A stretch of DNA of 64,000 bases, from positions 4,622,425-4,686,424 of the forward strand of contig NW_003526941.1 of assembly GCF_000181795.1 (NCBI RefSeq), written 5' to 3'. A program made the translations under genes and the position numbers. Origin of the DNA: Trichinella spiralis (lineage: Eukaryota). Positions 25,921-42,707 of this stretch are shown in pieces (the first letter of the stretch is position 1; every line of letters begins with the position of its first letter). The notes below the pieces were generated by a model, which saw only the letters and a program-made list of their open reading frames with translations, did no database searches and had not been told where the DNA came from.

Positions 25921-28900
25921 CTCTTGAAAAACAAATCAAATTGAACTGAATTCATACTTATTTATTTTTAATGACCTACTGTTATATATATATGTATATC
26001 ACACCTTGTGTTACAGAGAAAAAATTTTTTAATAGTATTCATTTCAAATGATAAAGAAAAAATTACCAATGGGTGATAAATTGTTCAAAATGGAAGAAGT
26101 ACAAGCGATTGAAGAGTGTGGTGAAACAATGTTGAGCATAATTAAAAAGTCATTAGAAAAATAAAGTACAATAACAGTTGGAGAGAGACAACAGCAGCAG
26201 CGGCGTTGGCGGGCGAAATAAAATTCCAAATGATCAAACTGATCAAAATGAACAATGATCAGGCGGCTTGTAAAGCGTAAAAGAGCAGCAGAGCTGCAAC
26301 GATCGCCCCCCCTCCGCTTTTCACCTCATTCGTCAATTGTAGTTTAAAGCTGAAGAGAAAAACAAAGAAAGCAGAATTAGCAGCAGCATAAGAGAAAAAA
26401 AGCTTGTGACCCTTTGACAATGCCGATGTGAAAAGCAGTGGCCGGTCAAGAGGAGCACCAGTGTAAGGGGATGAAGAAAAGCAGCGCTTGTGTAGTAAGA
26501 AGATTAACAGGCGGTGACGTGGCGGTGAAAGTTGTGATGCTCACGAGCGGCTCGTTTTACATTCTCGCGGCGTTGTTTTACACCGCCTACGCGTCTGGCT
26601 GTCTTTGTTTCACTTCCCTCCCCCATGTCCCTATTTTGTATATTAATTTTCACGTCTGCCTGCCTGTCTGCCTGTCTGATTCTCTTTGTCTGTCTGTCTG
26701 TCTGTCCGGCCAACTGACGGTAAGGGAATCTTTTCTCCAACCTGCCCTTCCTGCCAACCTCGGATCACCCTAAGAACAATTGTATCGATCGGATTTTTAA
26801 TCCTGCAAAACCTGAATATCTATTGGTGCGAACCAGATGCCGGTTCTATTGTTTATGCTGGTGGAACGAGAACGAGCAGTTGGTTTCGGATAAATAATGG
26901 TGCAAAGAAAAAGAAGAATAAAAAAAATAAAATACGAGAAACTTGAACTTGAAAATCTTGTTACGAAATCCGACTGCGCTTTGATCACCATCGCCAACAA
27001 TAAACACCAATAAACTGCTATTGTTGACAATTCTCGCCTGCTAAAAGCTGTCCTAATCGCCAGATTTCGACCATTACAATCCGCGACAATTAATGATAAT
27101 TGCTGTCGCCGATCCGTCTCGGTCAGCATTCAGATCGCATTTTTAAAGCATAATTAATTTGCACTGAAAAATTAAAATAAAATACTTACTCAGTTGATAG
27201 ACGGTACAAAGACTTCGGACGCTTCGTGACTACGGTAAACAAACGTATTATTACCGACACTTTCAAACGCGTAAATTCTCTCCTATAGGCATGGTCGTTC
27301 AGAATAATATCATCCAAATATGTGCGCATCGTTATATCATTCACGCTGGTTGCAGCTTTTGAAGCTTTGGACATTAGCCAATAGATCTTTTGACACTTGT
27401 TGAACGACATTTTGAAAACAATCCTCCCAAACCACACACACCACACACACACACACATACACGGCCGTTAGCTTCATTGGAATATCACCGGTGTATTGAA
27501 TAGGATCGTCGATGCGCAATCAGTGTCATCACAACAGCTTCAACAACGGATGAGATATACGTTGACAGCGTATCAATTTGCACATCAAAGAGCCTGCTGA
27601 CGGACGATTCACCTGCAATCACTTCGCATCAAATCAACACTCAAATTGTCAAATGCTCAAACATGCAAAAAAAATCAATTTCTCTCAATTGTTGTTTAAA
27701 ACCAATTTTTTTCTGTTCAACTTTTAATATTAATTTAAATTTATTCAAATCCAATAATTCAACTGCTTTTAAAAATACAATAAAATAAACAAGCAAGAAA
27801 GCACTGTACATTCATTTTCACTTCATCGCGATTTTTTACATATATATTCTTGCAAATCACAACTGTACATTATTATTCTGCTGTTAACAGTGACCTTGAA
27901 TTCTATTTACAAAACAAAACACCAATAACAACGGTCAAAAACACAGTGTTAATAATTCTTGAAAATCATTTTACGATTACCAGTTGGAACTTAACTTTTA
28001 CTCGTTCAACTTAAATAAAGCAATAAACATACTTTAAATTATTCAATTTAGATTTTCTTTTTTTTTCAAAGTGAAATACTAAATTATTAATTAAACAAAT
28101 AAAATAACTAATAAATAAATAAATCAATACAGATAGCAACAAGTTTGAATTACCTTTGAAATAGTTGATTGTGTTGAGGAAAAAAGATGTAATGGAAATC
28201 GATTTCCATTACAAAAAATGTCTTCTATTAATACAGCTTGATGCAAAATTGATCTTCCATTAACAACAACAACGTTCCGAAGTGCAAAGCATGCAAAATG
28301 AACCAATCTGGCCGACAATTGCCGATTTCTGTATCCAGTCATCCTGTTGAATTCAGCAATGAAAAATTCAATTAACCAATCAATCGAAATGTGAAGAAGA
28401 AAATTAATCACTCATTCGATATTCTGATAAACAAATATTTGGTCGATCGTGAGGCATTTTTCTCTGAATACAAATAATAAATCTGAAACAATCAATTACA
28501 ACAGTCAAAAATATTTCCAAATGGAAATATATAACTTTAACCAATTTTGATAAATAAAATGCTCTTTCGCTATTGGAGAATCATAAAAATTTTCAATGAG
28601 CACGATCAACAGTCGATTCAATCGTCTAGCAGCATTGAAGTTGGCAATGTGTCCTGTTGATTTGCATCAATCGAAGGGTTAACTGCATTACACAAAGCTG
28701 AAGTTGAAAACAAGCATCTGAATAAAAGAAAATGGAAGGAAAATTCGTCGCCGATCAATAATATTCATCTTGTGCGTCATCAGCAGAAACAAACTTTTTA
28801 ATAATAATACTTCAACATGTAAACAAATCTTGTCTGTCCATAAATACAGTCCAACGGTCAAGAGTGGGAAAATAAAAGAATTTTTTTTCTTCACATCTAA

Positions 28901-29008
28901 AAGTAATTTCTCTCGTAAAACATGTTAAATTGTAACAAATGGCAAACAATTGATAGAATTAATTATTGATGCGAAGAAAAATGGAAAATTTGCATAATAG
29001 ATAAATTT

Positions 29009-32000
29009 TTATAGAAAGGCGTCTTTGGAATCGTACAAATTGGAATAAGAACGAGTGCCTCGGGAAATATTACGACGCAAAGTGTTGCGATCGAATTGGG
29101 ATACCATGGAAGAGCCGATCATATCGACCGACGTGGCCAAATCCGACGGTCTCAACGATGTGATATGCCGAAAACAGCACGGTGCAGAAATGGTCTGCTT
29201 GCCCGGAGCTGGCATGGAACGTATTATCGAACCGCTGGTCATGGACATGGACGAGTCTTGAGACGAAGGCAAATAGAGCCTTGTAACCGTTGTAGATGAA
29301 CCACCGTTGCGGGATATGCTCGATTGTAAAATCCTCAACTGTTGGTAAAATTTCCTAGCCGACGGTGAATGATCAAAACTAATACCAACAGTAGTCTGGT
29401 AGCCACCTTCAGTGCCGATGAACATTGTATGGAAACTCGAATCTACCGCACAGTAACTGAAAGCATGTACATTTTTTTCTTTGGATAATTTAATACTATA
29501 AGAATTTGAAAAATCTCATCAAAATAAATAGAAACGTGTCTGTTGAACTGTAAATAAAATTAGATGTTATAAAATTGAATTGAAAATTTTGATTGAATTG
29601 CTTTTCTCAAGAACAATCTGCAAAGAGAATAATTAATTGTTTATTAAGAGTTGTTGTCCACTTTGAATGATCAATCAGTGAACAAATAGATTGCAAGTTT
29701 GGATAAATCAAATAGAAGAAAATATTAATACATTCAATATTGGAACTAAGTAAACAAACCACTTTTCCAACAAATAAATGTTTGAGGAAAAATAGAAAAG
29801 AAAGCAAGCAAAAGAATTCTGAAGAATATATTTTTCCATTTTACAATTTATTCATCATTTTGCTTTTATTAATAATAATTGAAAAGGTAAAGTAAAATTT
29901 AAGTGACAAATGTTGTTTCTGTTTACTTATTATGGTCAATATTGAAAAAGGGTCTTTTCGGAAAATACTTTTCTGTAGAGAAGATTTGAAAAAAATTAAA
30001 TACAAATCGAATCATAACGTGAAATAGAATACATACCTACAGTAAGAAAATAATTAAAAGGTGACATGTTAGTAGTGTGTTTGTAAAGTGCGTGCAAATG
30101 ATAAAAGAAATTTACAAAAAATAAATTAGCATACCGACTGAATGATGACAAATTATGCTTCCAAAGTGTAAAGCCGGTCCCGTATTCGGCAACCCGAATT
30201 TGCAATTGTACTACCGACGTTGTTTCCTGTGGCGACGACTGGTTGGAATCGAGCACCAATACTGGGATACCTGTGACGAACAGATCCCAACTGTCATTTC
30301 TGGATTCAGCTAATAGCTTGCTTGTCAGTGTCGTTGATGTTGGTGTAGGTGTCGTTGAAAATTTTTTATACACATACAAATTTGCCAAACACGGACAAAC
30401 GAACGCTTGACTGGTTCGACTGCTGTACATCAGTTCAACTTTGAATATTTCCTCTTCCGGTAATTCGAGTCGATTCTGCTGAGATCCGGCTGCATGGTGG
30501 TGATCAACGGCCATTGCTGTCAAATTCACTTCACCACTTATATTATCATCACCATCATCATCAAAAAGACCACGACAACTACGACTTCTCAAACCAATCT
30601 AGATATAATATACTTGCAATCAATTATATAATCAAATAATATGAAAGAACAACAATTTCTTTCTGATGATAATTAATAATTTTACAATTGACAATATAAT
30701 AGTTAATTTTCTCCTCTATTCACTAAGATAGATGGACAGGATGGATGGCTGGATAGAGAAAGAATATTGACTAATTGTAAAAATATGTGCAAGATTTTCA
30801 ATTAAAGACGATGCGCGACAAGTACATTAAAAAGCAAGCGCGTCAGAAGATGGCAAAATGGGCTTTAATCATCATCAATGCCGTTCAATCCTGCTTGCTT
30901 TTGATATTTTACTTTTGGATTAAATTTCGATCGTAAAATACGAGTTCATTTTTCTGCAAACGGAAACACTCGAATCACAATCTCAACAATTTGATTAACA
31001 ACACTAAAAATATGCAAAAATAATAAAATAAAATAGAATAGAATAGAATAGAATACACACCGACATATATTAAAATAACAATTTAAAAATTGCTGAAAAT
31101 TATTAAAATAAATAAATAAGCCAAGCATCGATTGCCCATCTACTACAATTGGAAAAATGTACGGTTAATTTTGCCACTGGGTTGTCGGTTAGCCAGCAAC
31201 TGGTTCGATGCGAAAGCACGTGACGCAAATCGTTCAACATATACGGACGGCAATGCACAATGATTTCACAAAAAGACAATCAATAATACAAGGTGATTAA
31301 AAAAAAATTTTTTTTTCTCAAAAAGTACTCAAATTGCAAATATGCTTGCAATAAATAAATATATAAAGCCGTAATTTGGAAAAATTATTTTTCAAAAATC
31401 AACTCATGAAAAATTATTTATCACTGCAAAAATGCCACGTGAAAACAATCATAAATATAAAAATGATAATCATATAAACAAACTATGGAAAAATATTCTT
31501 TTTTCCACGCCTATTATCAAATATTATAATAACAGTTCAACAACATTTAATTCGGTTGATTGAATTTCTCGATAAATAATGCTTCACATTTATACGTACT
31601 AGAATTTTTATACATACATGCGTATAATTATTTTTTATCACGAAAACATATAGCAATCAATTCCAATAAATAATATTTACAATACATATATGTATATATC
31701 GGTGGAAATTGAAGAAAAATTTGATAATTAAATAATACACGGGCAACGATTAATAAGAAGAACCTACAGTCACCGATTAATATGATGCACGAATATGAAA
31801 AAGAAGAAAATGTAATAAAACCCACAATGATATTCTTTTGTTGGGAAGAAAAATTCATAATCCGAAGCATATTTTCCGCAGGCTTTTTCTTTTTTGAAAG
31901 AAAAAAAGTGGAAAAATGAAACTTTTCAAGAAGGTCAATATTTCAAAATCAAGACAAAATTTGAAAACGTAAAACAAATATGATAACAATAAAATTTGCA

Positions 32001-32284
32001 TAACGATATCGAAATTTGAAGAAAAAACTAGAACAAAAGAAAAATATAACTTATCATCAAGTAAAGAAAGAAGCAAAAGAGGAACAGTAGTAAGTAGCAA
32101 AATGGGAAAAAAAGAATTTAAACAAAAAACCAAAAGCATAATGCAGAATAGCAGCAAATGTTCACTTTTGTTATAATTTGTTGGAGGAAATTGCAAAAAT
32201 GTTTCAAGTGATGAAGTAACAGCAAAGAAAAATGATATTCTAAGCAGAATCATATATCTCACTTCTATGCATTGCTATAAAAAT

Positions 32285-32322
<38 letters not shown>

Positions 32323-33400
32323 GAGCGTATGTATCAATTGCTTGCATATATAATACTTGAGAGAATTGGAATAATGAAAAGCGTCAGTGAAACTTTTCTG
32401 TGAAACAAGTTTTAGTTGAACCGACAGTCGTCGTCCTGATTTTAGCACCATCTTCATCATCAGTACTTTAAACCATACGTGTTTAAATTCTCATTAAATT
32501 TAAAAATTACCTTTTTTTTCTCTTTCAACTTCAAAACAAGCAACACACAAACGTCTCCATTATTCAATTTGATAGTCGTTTAAGAAAATTTTTATCACTA
32601 ATAAATTTTTATTACGTTCACTTTATTCTTTGAAAGGTCAATATAAAATGAATAAAAACAAACATTTCTAAAAAGCATTAATATTATTATTACTAGTATT
32701 AGCATTGCAATTGATATACTAATACTAGACGTAAGGATGAAGCAAAATTACTTTCAAAATCATTTCCGTCCATCCAGGTTCAAGTAAACGTCGTGAACAT
32801 AAAAATGCTAACAATTGCACCAATATGCTAAAGCTCGAGATGACAATCTCATTTCTTATCTAGATTATCTTCTTCTGAATAACGAACAAATGAGTTCAGA
32901 TCATCTAAGCTAAATAAATAAATAAATAAATGAATAAATGAGCCATTTTCACATAAGAATCCATTTATCATTTGTCTGCTTTCTCAAGCGAACCCAAAAA
33001 CAGAACATATCATTGCAATAATTTGCATAAATATAAAACTACTGTAACGACCAATGAAACCGACGAGTGATTTGTACACACAAATGAAGATGAATGAAAA
33101 GTAAAAAGTTGAAAATGAAGCAAATCTGCTCGAATGAATGAATGAATAAATAGTAGTAAAGGGAAGCATTAACAAAAAATTTTGCTCGTTTGTTTGTTAT
33201 TTTTCGCTCAAAAAAATTGCATCAATGAAATGAAATGATTGTGGTCACAATGTTTGAACAAAATTATCTCATGTCATCACAATAAATTTAAATAATTACA
33301 ATAAAAATTGATGACAAGAATAAGAATGACATTTTTTCAAATAATAAATCAAAGAATAGGTAAATACCTTTCTACGTTTCGATGATGATGTAAGCGTCAT
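29009..33400 (-). CDS. WH1/EVH1-like domain protein with a CRIB-like motif
   Basis: Exons 30598-30135 and 29456-29009 join in phase (..FSR-YCAVDSSFHTMFI..VGISFDHSPSARKFYQQL, an EVH1/WH1-type C-terminus), followed by ISAPCCFRHITSL. Candidate first exon 33400-33368 (MTLTSSSKRRK, phase 0) is less certain. Confidence 0.7.
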
Positions 33401-35727
33401 GGTTTTATCAATTTTTTTCGATAAATAATGCAAATGATAAAAAAAAAGTACTGGATGTTGTTCTCTCCAATTGTCGCCACAACAAACAGAATAAACACTG
33501 CTATTAACAACAACAACAACAGAGTCAGTTGGTGTAGTTAAATAATAATATTAATAATAATAAATATGATTTTGCTTTGGCCTGCCGTGCTGGTGCAGTT
33601 GTTGCAAAAGTAAGCAACTTGAAAATGGCAGGCAATAAGGAAATGGAAGAAAGAAAAGAGAGAATGATAAATAGAGAAAGAGAGCAAGCAGGCAAGCAAG
33701 CAAGCAAGCAGAGCAAGCAGAGCAAAAGCAGCCAGCAGAACAAGCAACAAAGCATGCAATGCTTGAACTGACAGAATAAAACTACAACGAGACAGACGAG
33801 AAAAAGCCAACAACGACGCCGGTAAATAAACACCGTCATTGACAATCATGTCCGAATTGCAAATGTTACGCGCAATCTAAACTGACCACTTGACCATCTC
33901 TGATGGTCACATCGGTCATTGCCGGCAATCATCATCATTATAATAATCATCAGTTACAACTGCTGTTGGATAATAAGTACAGAACATTTACACAATATTG
34001 GAAACTGACAATGATGAAGAAAAATCTAGTCCAATTTTGACTATACCAAAATGAGAAAGATATCAATGACAGAAAGCCGGATACGGGCAGCATCACCGGC
34101 AGTTACAACAGTTCGCAAATCTGCAAATTTCACAGTTCAACAAGCATGCCGTATAATTGTTGTGCACAAAAAAAAGAACATTAAATTCAACTTTAATAAA
34201 ACAAAATCAAATTTTGAAAACTGAAAAAAATAACTCACTTCTGTACAAAAAAAAATAATCTTTCATTTCGAAAAGTTACAAAAAAAATTAATAAATTTAA
34301 ATTAAAAATCAAATGAACAATAATAGAAAAGATTTATTTTTCAAAAAAAAAGAAAATAATCTACTTAGGGCGTGTCCAAACAAAGAAACTGGCTCAATTT
34401 AAAGTTCCACACCAACAACAACAACAACTGACCGTGAACTTTACAGAAAATACATAAGTTTTCTAAAACCAGTCGATCAATCAGTTACTGGCTAACTACC
34501 CCCACCCCAAACAATTCTCAACCGTTGACGAAGTTGGACAAATGATGGATATTTGAGCAGAATAATAATTTAGTTGAAAAAAAAATTTTTTTTAAGCCAA
34601 ATAAAATATACATATCACCCAGTAGCAAAGATGATTTAAAAAAACCAAATTCCAAAGTCATCGAAGACGAACTATTGAAATCGAATAACTAACTAACTTG
34701 TTTGCAATCGAAGAAACTGAAGACGTCAAGAGATTGATCAAATTTTGCTGTCTGTGAAATTTTTTTTAATCATCAAACCACAATTACGCAACAGCTCTTA
34801 CCTTCGATTCTGCTGATACGAATTGCACACAAATAAATATTTCTGCTTTTGTCAACAACAACAACAGCCCAGACGTAAGCTTTTTCAACCTTTTCTTTGT
34901 CATCAATACAACCAAAAAAAAGACCTCTACAAAAAGTTATACTGTACAATTGTACTGTTGAAACAATTAAGCAATTGTTTGGCCATTTGCCAAATGTACT
35001 GTTCATCAACCAGACGCATAGTACAATTATTATTAATATTCAGTCTGAAAAAAAATAAATAAAAACAACAATAACTATTTACTTGGTCGTCAATTTTCAA
35101 TTCGTTATATAGCTGTTTGTTGTCGAGTGAAAAAAAAACATGCCAAACGTCAGAGGTGATAAAATGAAAAACCAAATTTGATTAAATCTTCACGAACGGT
35201 CCTGTTCAGTGTTGGCATTTTTCCACAGCGTCAGTCAGTTTGATGGACACGACAGACCCGAAAAATATAAAAACTGGGTCAATCGAATCGTACGAATTCA
35301 AATTTTAAAAAATGCAATGCAAACAAAACACACCTTTCATTGCGTTGCTTGGTTGAAGTAATTAAAGTTGTTGTTGACGATCATAATAAAAGACCATTTC
35401 AAACAAAAGAATATATTTATACGCACTGTACATTGTATTATTTATTATTGTTCAGCTGAAGCTAGAAAAAAAATGAGCAAACTGAACTCATTTCAAATCA
35501 GTTTTTCCAATTAATTAAAATTAAAATTGAATAAAAAGAAAACATATAATAAACAACGCCAATAGACAATTTATTGATAAAATTTTCACTCTTATCTAAA
35601 GTTGTCAAACAATACAATCGTAAACAATATTTTCAGTTGATAAAATTTTAAACAAACAAAGCATCGAGAAAAACAATCGCCTAATATCTTTGCAAACATA
35701 CCAAAGATTTTTGCGTGGAAATCATTT

Positions 35728-36639
35728 TCAATGAAGAAATCTTATGGACATTTTCTGTTCAATATTTGTCTTTTCCATTGCCTAGAATGCAAAATCGATC
35801 AAAACAACAATCATAATGTAAAAATTTTCAACAAAGTGCTTTTAATTTCTATATGCATTATCGAAAATGATATACTTCGCAAAATTCTTCAAAAGAGATC
35901 ATCCCATCGCCGTCTTTGTCAGCTTCGGTAATTGTTCTCGTAGCAATTCGATCGAGCTAATAATAAATTGAATATAATTCAAACAAATAAATAAATAAAT
36001 AAATAAACAAGTAATTTTACTTGATCAGCACTGATATGCGCTCCAACCATCATATTCAATATTTCCAATAGTTCATTTTTAGTAATGAAACCGTCATGAT
36101 TCAAATCGTACATGCTGAAAGCGAATCGCAATTTATCACGCCGACGATTCAACGGATGCGGTTTGTTCTTTTTGATTGGACGAAATCTTGCCAATACGCG
36201 CATAAAGTGGCGAAAATTAACTCGCTCTTCGTCTTCACTATAACGGAAAGCACAATATTGGACAAGAGAAGAAGCCCGCCAAGGTGTCGGTAACCTTTCG
36301 AAAAAGAACGCATTCACAATCATATCACGGAGTGGATTGATAGCCAGTTCTGGGATCCGTAAGAAATCTTCAACACTGGAACAATTTCAATTGGAGGGGG
36401 AAAATCAAGCAAACGTTCATGCACAGAATACATACCACAGAGATCCTGAACCACTCTTGTCCAAAGATGTGAATCGACTGTAAAGACGGACTATTTGATT
36501 ACGAGAAACTGTACAAAAATCGAATGCAAATCAGTCAACTGAAAAATAATAAATACAACTGAAATTTTCTCTTACATCCCGTCTCTTTTTGAATCTCTTG
36601 AATTTCTTCATCTCGAAGCATTGATGAATTGTTTCCCAT
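35728..36639 (-). CDS. CHP1: Calcineurin B homologous protein (EF-hand, N-myristoylation motif)
   Basis: MGNNSSMLRDEEIQEIQKETG..RLYSRFTSLDK..PELAINPL..KLRFAFSMYDLNHDGFITKNEL..EADKDGDGMISFEEF..IEQKMSIRFLH*. Exons about 36639-36576, 36508-36435, 36376-36295, 36237-36021, 35956-35878, 35781-35728. Confidence 0.95.
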
Positions 36640-37947
36640 TGTGTGACAATTTTTATTCTTAAAACACCTGAACACAACTTGCATAAATTAATAAGTCGAC
36701 AAAATTCATTTGCAAGTAAATCTTTTTTGTTCAATTCATATCGACAACAGATACATTCATTATTCGTATAATAAAGAAAACAAAATATAAATCAATCGTT
36801 TCAAGCAAACTGATCACTGCATCGAAACTTTAAAAATCGGCAATCTAAATATATAAACCCATTTCAATAGGAGAAACAAGTTTATCCAGTTTACCAACAC
36901 CGTTATAAATCAGTGAATGAATGCTATTCACGACAGCTTCACGGTGCATCAAAACAGAAAAAAATACTCGCAAAAAACTTTCAACCACAGCTTTCATTTT
37001 TTTGCACTTAACAATCACCGTATCAAAAAACAAACAGGTTCACAAGATCATTTCAACAAGTATACTGTACAGCATATTCAAAAATAAAAAACAAAATGAA
37101 ATTTATGAGAAAATCTAAATAATTCACAATGTATAATTGCGTACCTTTGAATAACAATTTCGAAGCTAAATGCACGATCGCTTTATTAGGTAGTGTGCTT
37201 GTTATTTTATTACTGTAAGTCTGCGAACAGAAACTGAAAAAAATCACTTCATACTGTACATAAAACTTGTTTTGAAATAGCATTTTAAAATAATAATTTA
37301 ATTTTCAATTAAAAACTTGGTCGTACAAGGATAATGCATTTCATCACCGCCAGATTTACATCGCATACAGTATAATTGTAAATACGTACTGTAATAACAA
37401 AACAACACTTTTGTATTGCATGATGACACGACGATATTGGACTTGCAATGATTTTCAAAATATATTTTTAAAATTTATTAATATTTTTCGGCAATATTTG
37501 AATATTTTTTCATTCTTTCAAAATTCAACAACAGCCAAATGCATTGAGCTGAAATTTTATTGTAAATACCAAAAGATTATACACATGTGTGCGCGATTGA
37601 CGAAGGCCATTTAGGGAGATGTCCTGAAACAGCCCATGCAAAGAGAAATATATGTATATACTTTTTCCTTCATCATGAACGTAAAGAAGACGATCCTTTT
37701 CGCACTGCGGACACGATTCTTCGACCGCCTGCAGCTGAACAGAGATATTCTAAATATTATAATGATTCCAACAGAAACTGATTCAAAAACTGAATCTGCA
37801 ATTTCAGCTTCAAAATGCTGCAATAAAATTAAAAACGAAACAGCTGGTTAAAGACTCTACAGCCTTCCTAACCCATACATTTCACACAAAACAAATGAAG
37901 AAATGGTGTAAAAGTGCAGCCAACTGTGGCCGAACAGTGCTAGCAGT

Positions 37948-41338
<3,391 letters not shown>

Positions 41339-42112
41339 TAAAACTGACGGGTATGCTACAGGCGTTACGTAGGTCAAAGGCAGCGATCCAACGAACTGAA
41401 GATACATAAATTGATAAAACACATCAAACCTAGCGCGAAAACTAAACTTAAACACTACAGAAAGCTTGACACGCTACACACAGTAACTCAATTACATGAA
41501 CAATTAAAAGGTAACATCAACAATCATAGTTAAGTCTGACCAACTACAGTAATTAATGACCTAATAAATTCAGGAACAAATGTTGACTATAGTACAGTTT
41601 TTACATCAGCATCATAAGAAGAAGACTGATAAAATTAAAATAAATTAAATTATTAAAAAGATGTATTGAGAAAAAACAATATTTCAAAATAAACTTATAT
41701 AATACTAAAAGCTTACATTTCATTTAAAATAGAATACATAAAAAATTGAGGTGATCGTTAAATAATTAAAAAAGTAGAACTTGACTCTCAAGTTTCCATT
41801 AAAAAATTTACCATATTGCATATAATATTTATTCATATACATCAACACATTTTGAGCGACAAAAATTTGAAGATAATGAAAATTTATTTTTAATTTTTTT
41901 TGCCAAAAAGAAGCATAAAAATTTCATAAATGATGCAATGAGAGAGTTCACAATACAACACAAAACGTTTTCAGAAAATCTACACTGTTCTCGTTAAAAA
42001 AGTATGCAGCTTGCAAAAATAATGCACGCAGTGCTAACCGTACTGAAGCATAAAATATTATAAAATAAAAATAAGTAACCGGCAAATATCTGAGCTGAAA
42101 ATTAATAACGAG

Positions 42113-42707
42113 CTAAAATTTACGACTAGAATACGGAAGCCAACCAAAAACTTTTTTTTTCATCTTCTGCAGTAAAGATTGCTCAACATTAGCATAGGAA
42201 TCATCTGAAGTAAGTTCGCGGCATTCAGACAAAGTTTTCTGGAAAACAGCAGTTTCATATGGAACTGGATTATCAGAGCGATGCTTATCATCAGAAATTT
42301 CACGAAGCGCTTCGAAAATTTCATCGCAGTAAGCTTCTGAGGGGAATTTTGTCAGTTCACCTTGACGAAATCTCGAAACCACTTCTTCACGAATTCTAGA
42401 ACCCAAATCACGCCCCGAAGTTACCTTGTCCTTGTCAATGGGCCACCGATTGCAAAGTTGCAAAAATTTCCTATACCTAAAGTAAAATTACCATAATTAT
42501 AAGTTAAAGAAATTTTGACATGATGATCCTGTCAGTAATGCAATACGTTGACTTCAAATTATAAATTGCATAATTCATTAAGCATGCAACATTCAAAAAA
42601 AATTAAAAGAACAAAACTACGCTGTAATACGGTAAAAAATAACAAACTAACGACAACATAAATGCATAACATGTATTAAAATATTAAAAATACCTCGAAT
42701 ACCCCAT
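42113..42707 (-). CDS. UQCC2: Ubiquinol-cytochrome c reductase complex assembly factor 2
   Basis: A 14-nt first coding exon 42707-42694 (ATGGGGTATTCGAG) spliced to 42476-42113 gives MGYSRYRKFLQLCNRWPIDKDKVTSGRDLGSRIREEVVSRFRQGE, matching the UQCC2 N-terminus (SRYRRFLKLCEEWPVD..GRDLG). Confidence 0.9.

Noticed and set aside
32442..32464. TAGCACCAT, resembling the miR-29 5' end
   Set aside because: No complementary 5p arm upstream.
31628..33849. Hydrophobic low-complexity ORFs (for example 31855-32262, 33525-33845)
   Set aside because: Translations of A-rich or microsatellite non-coding DNA with no exon structure.
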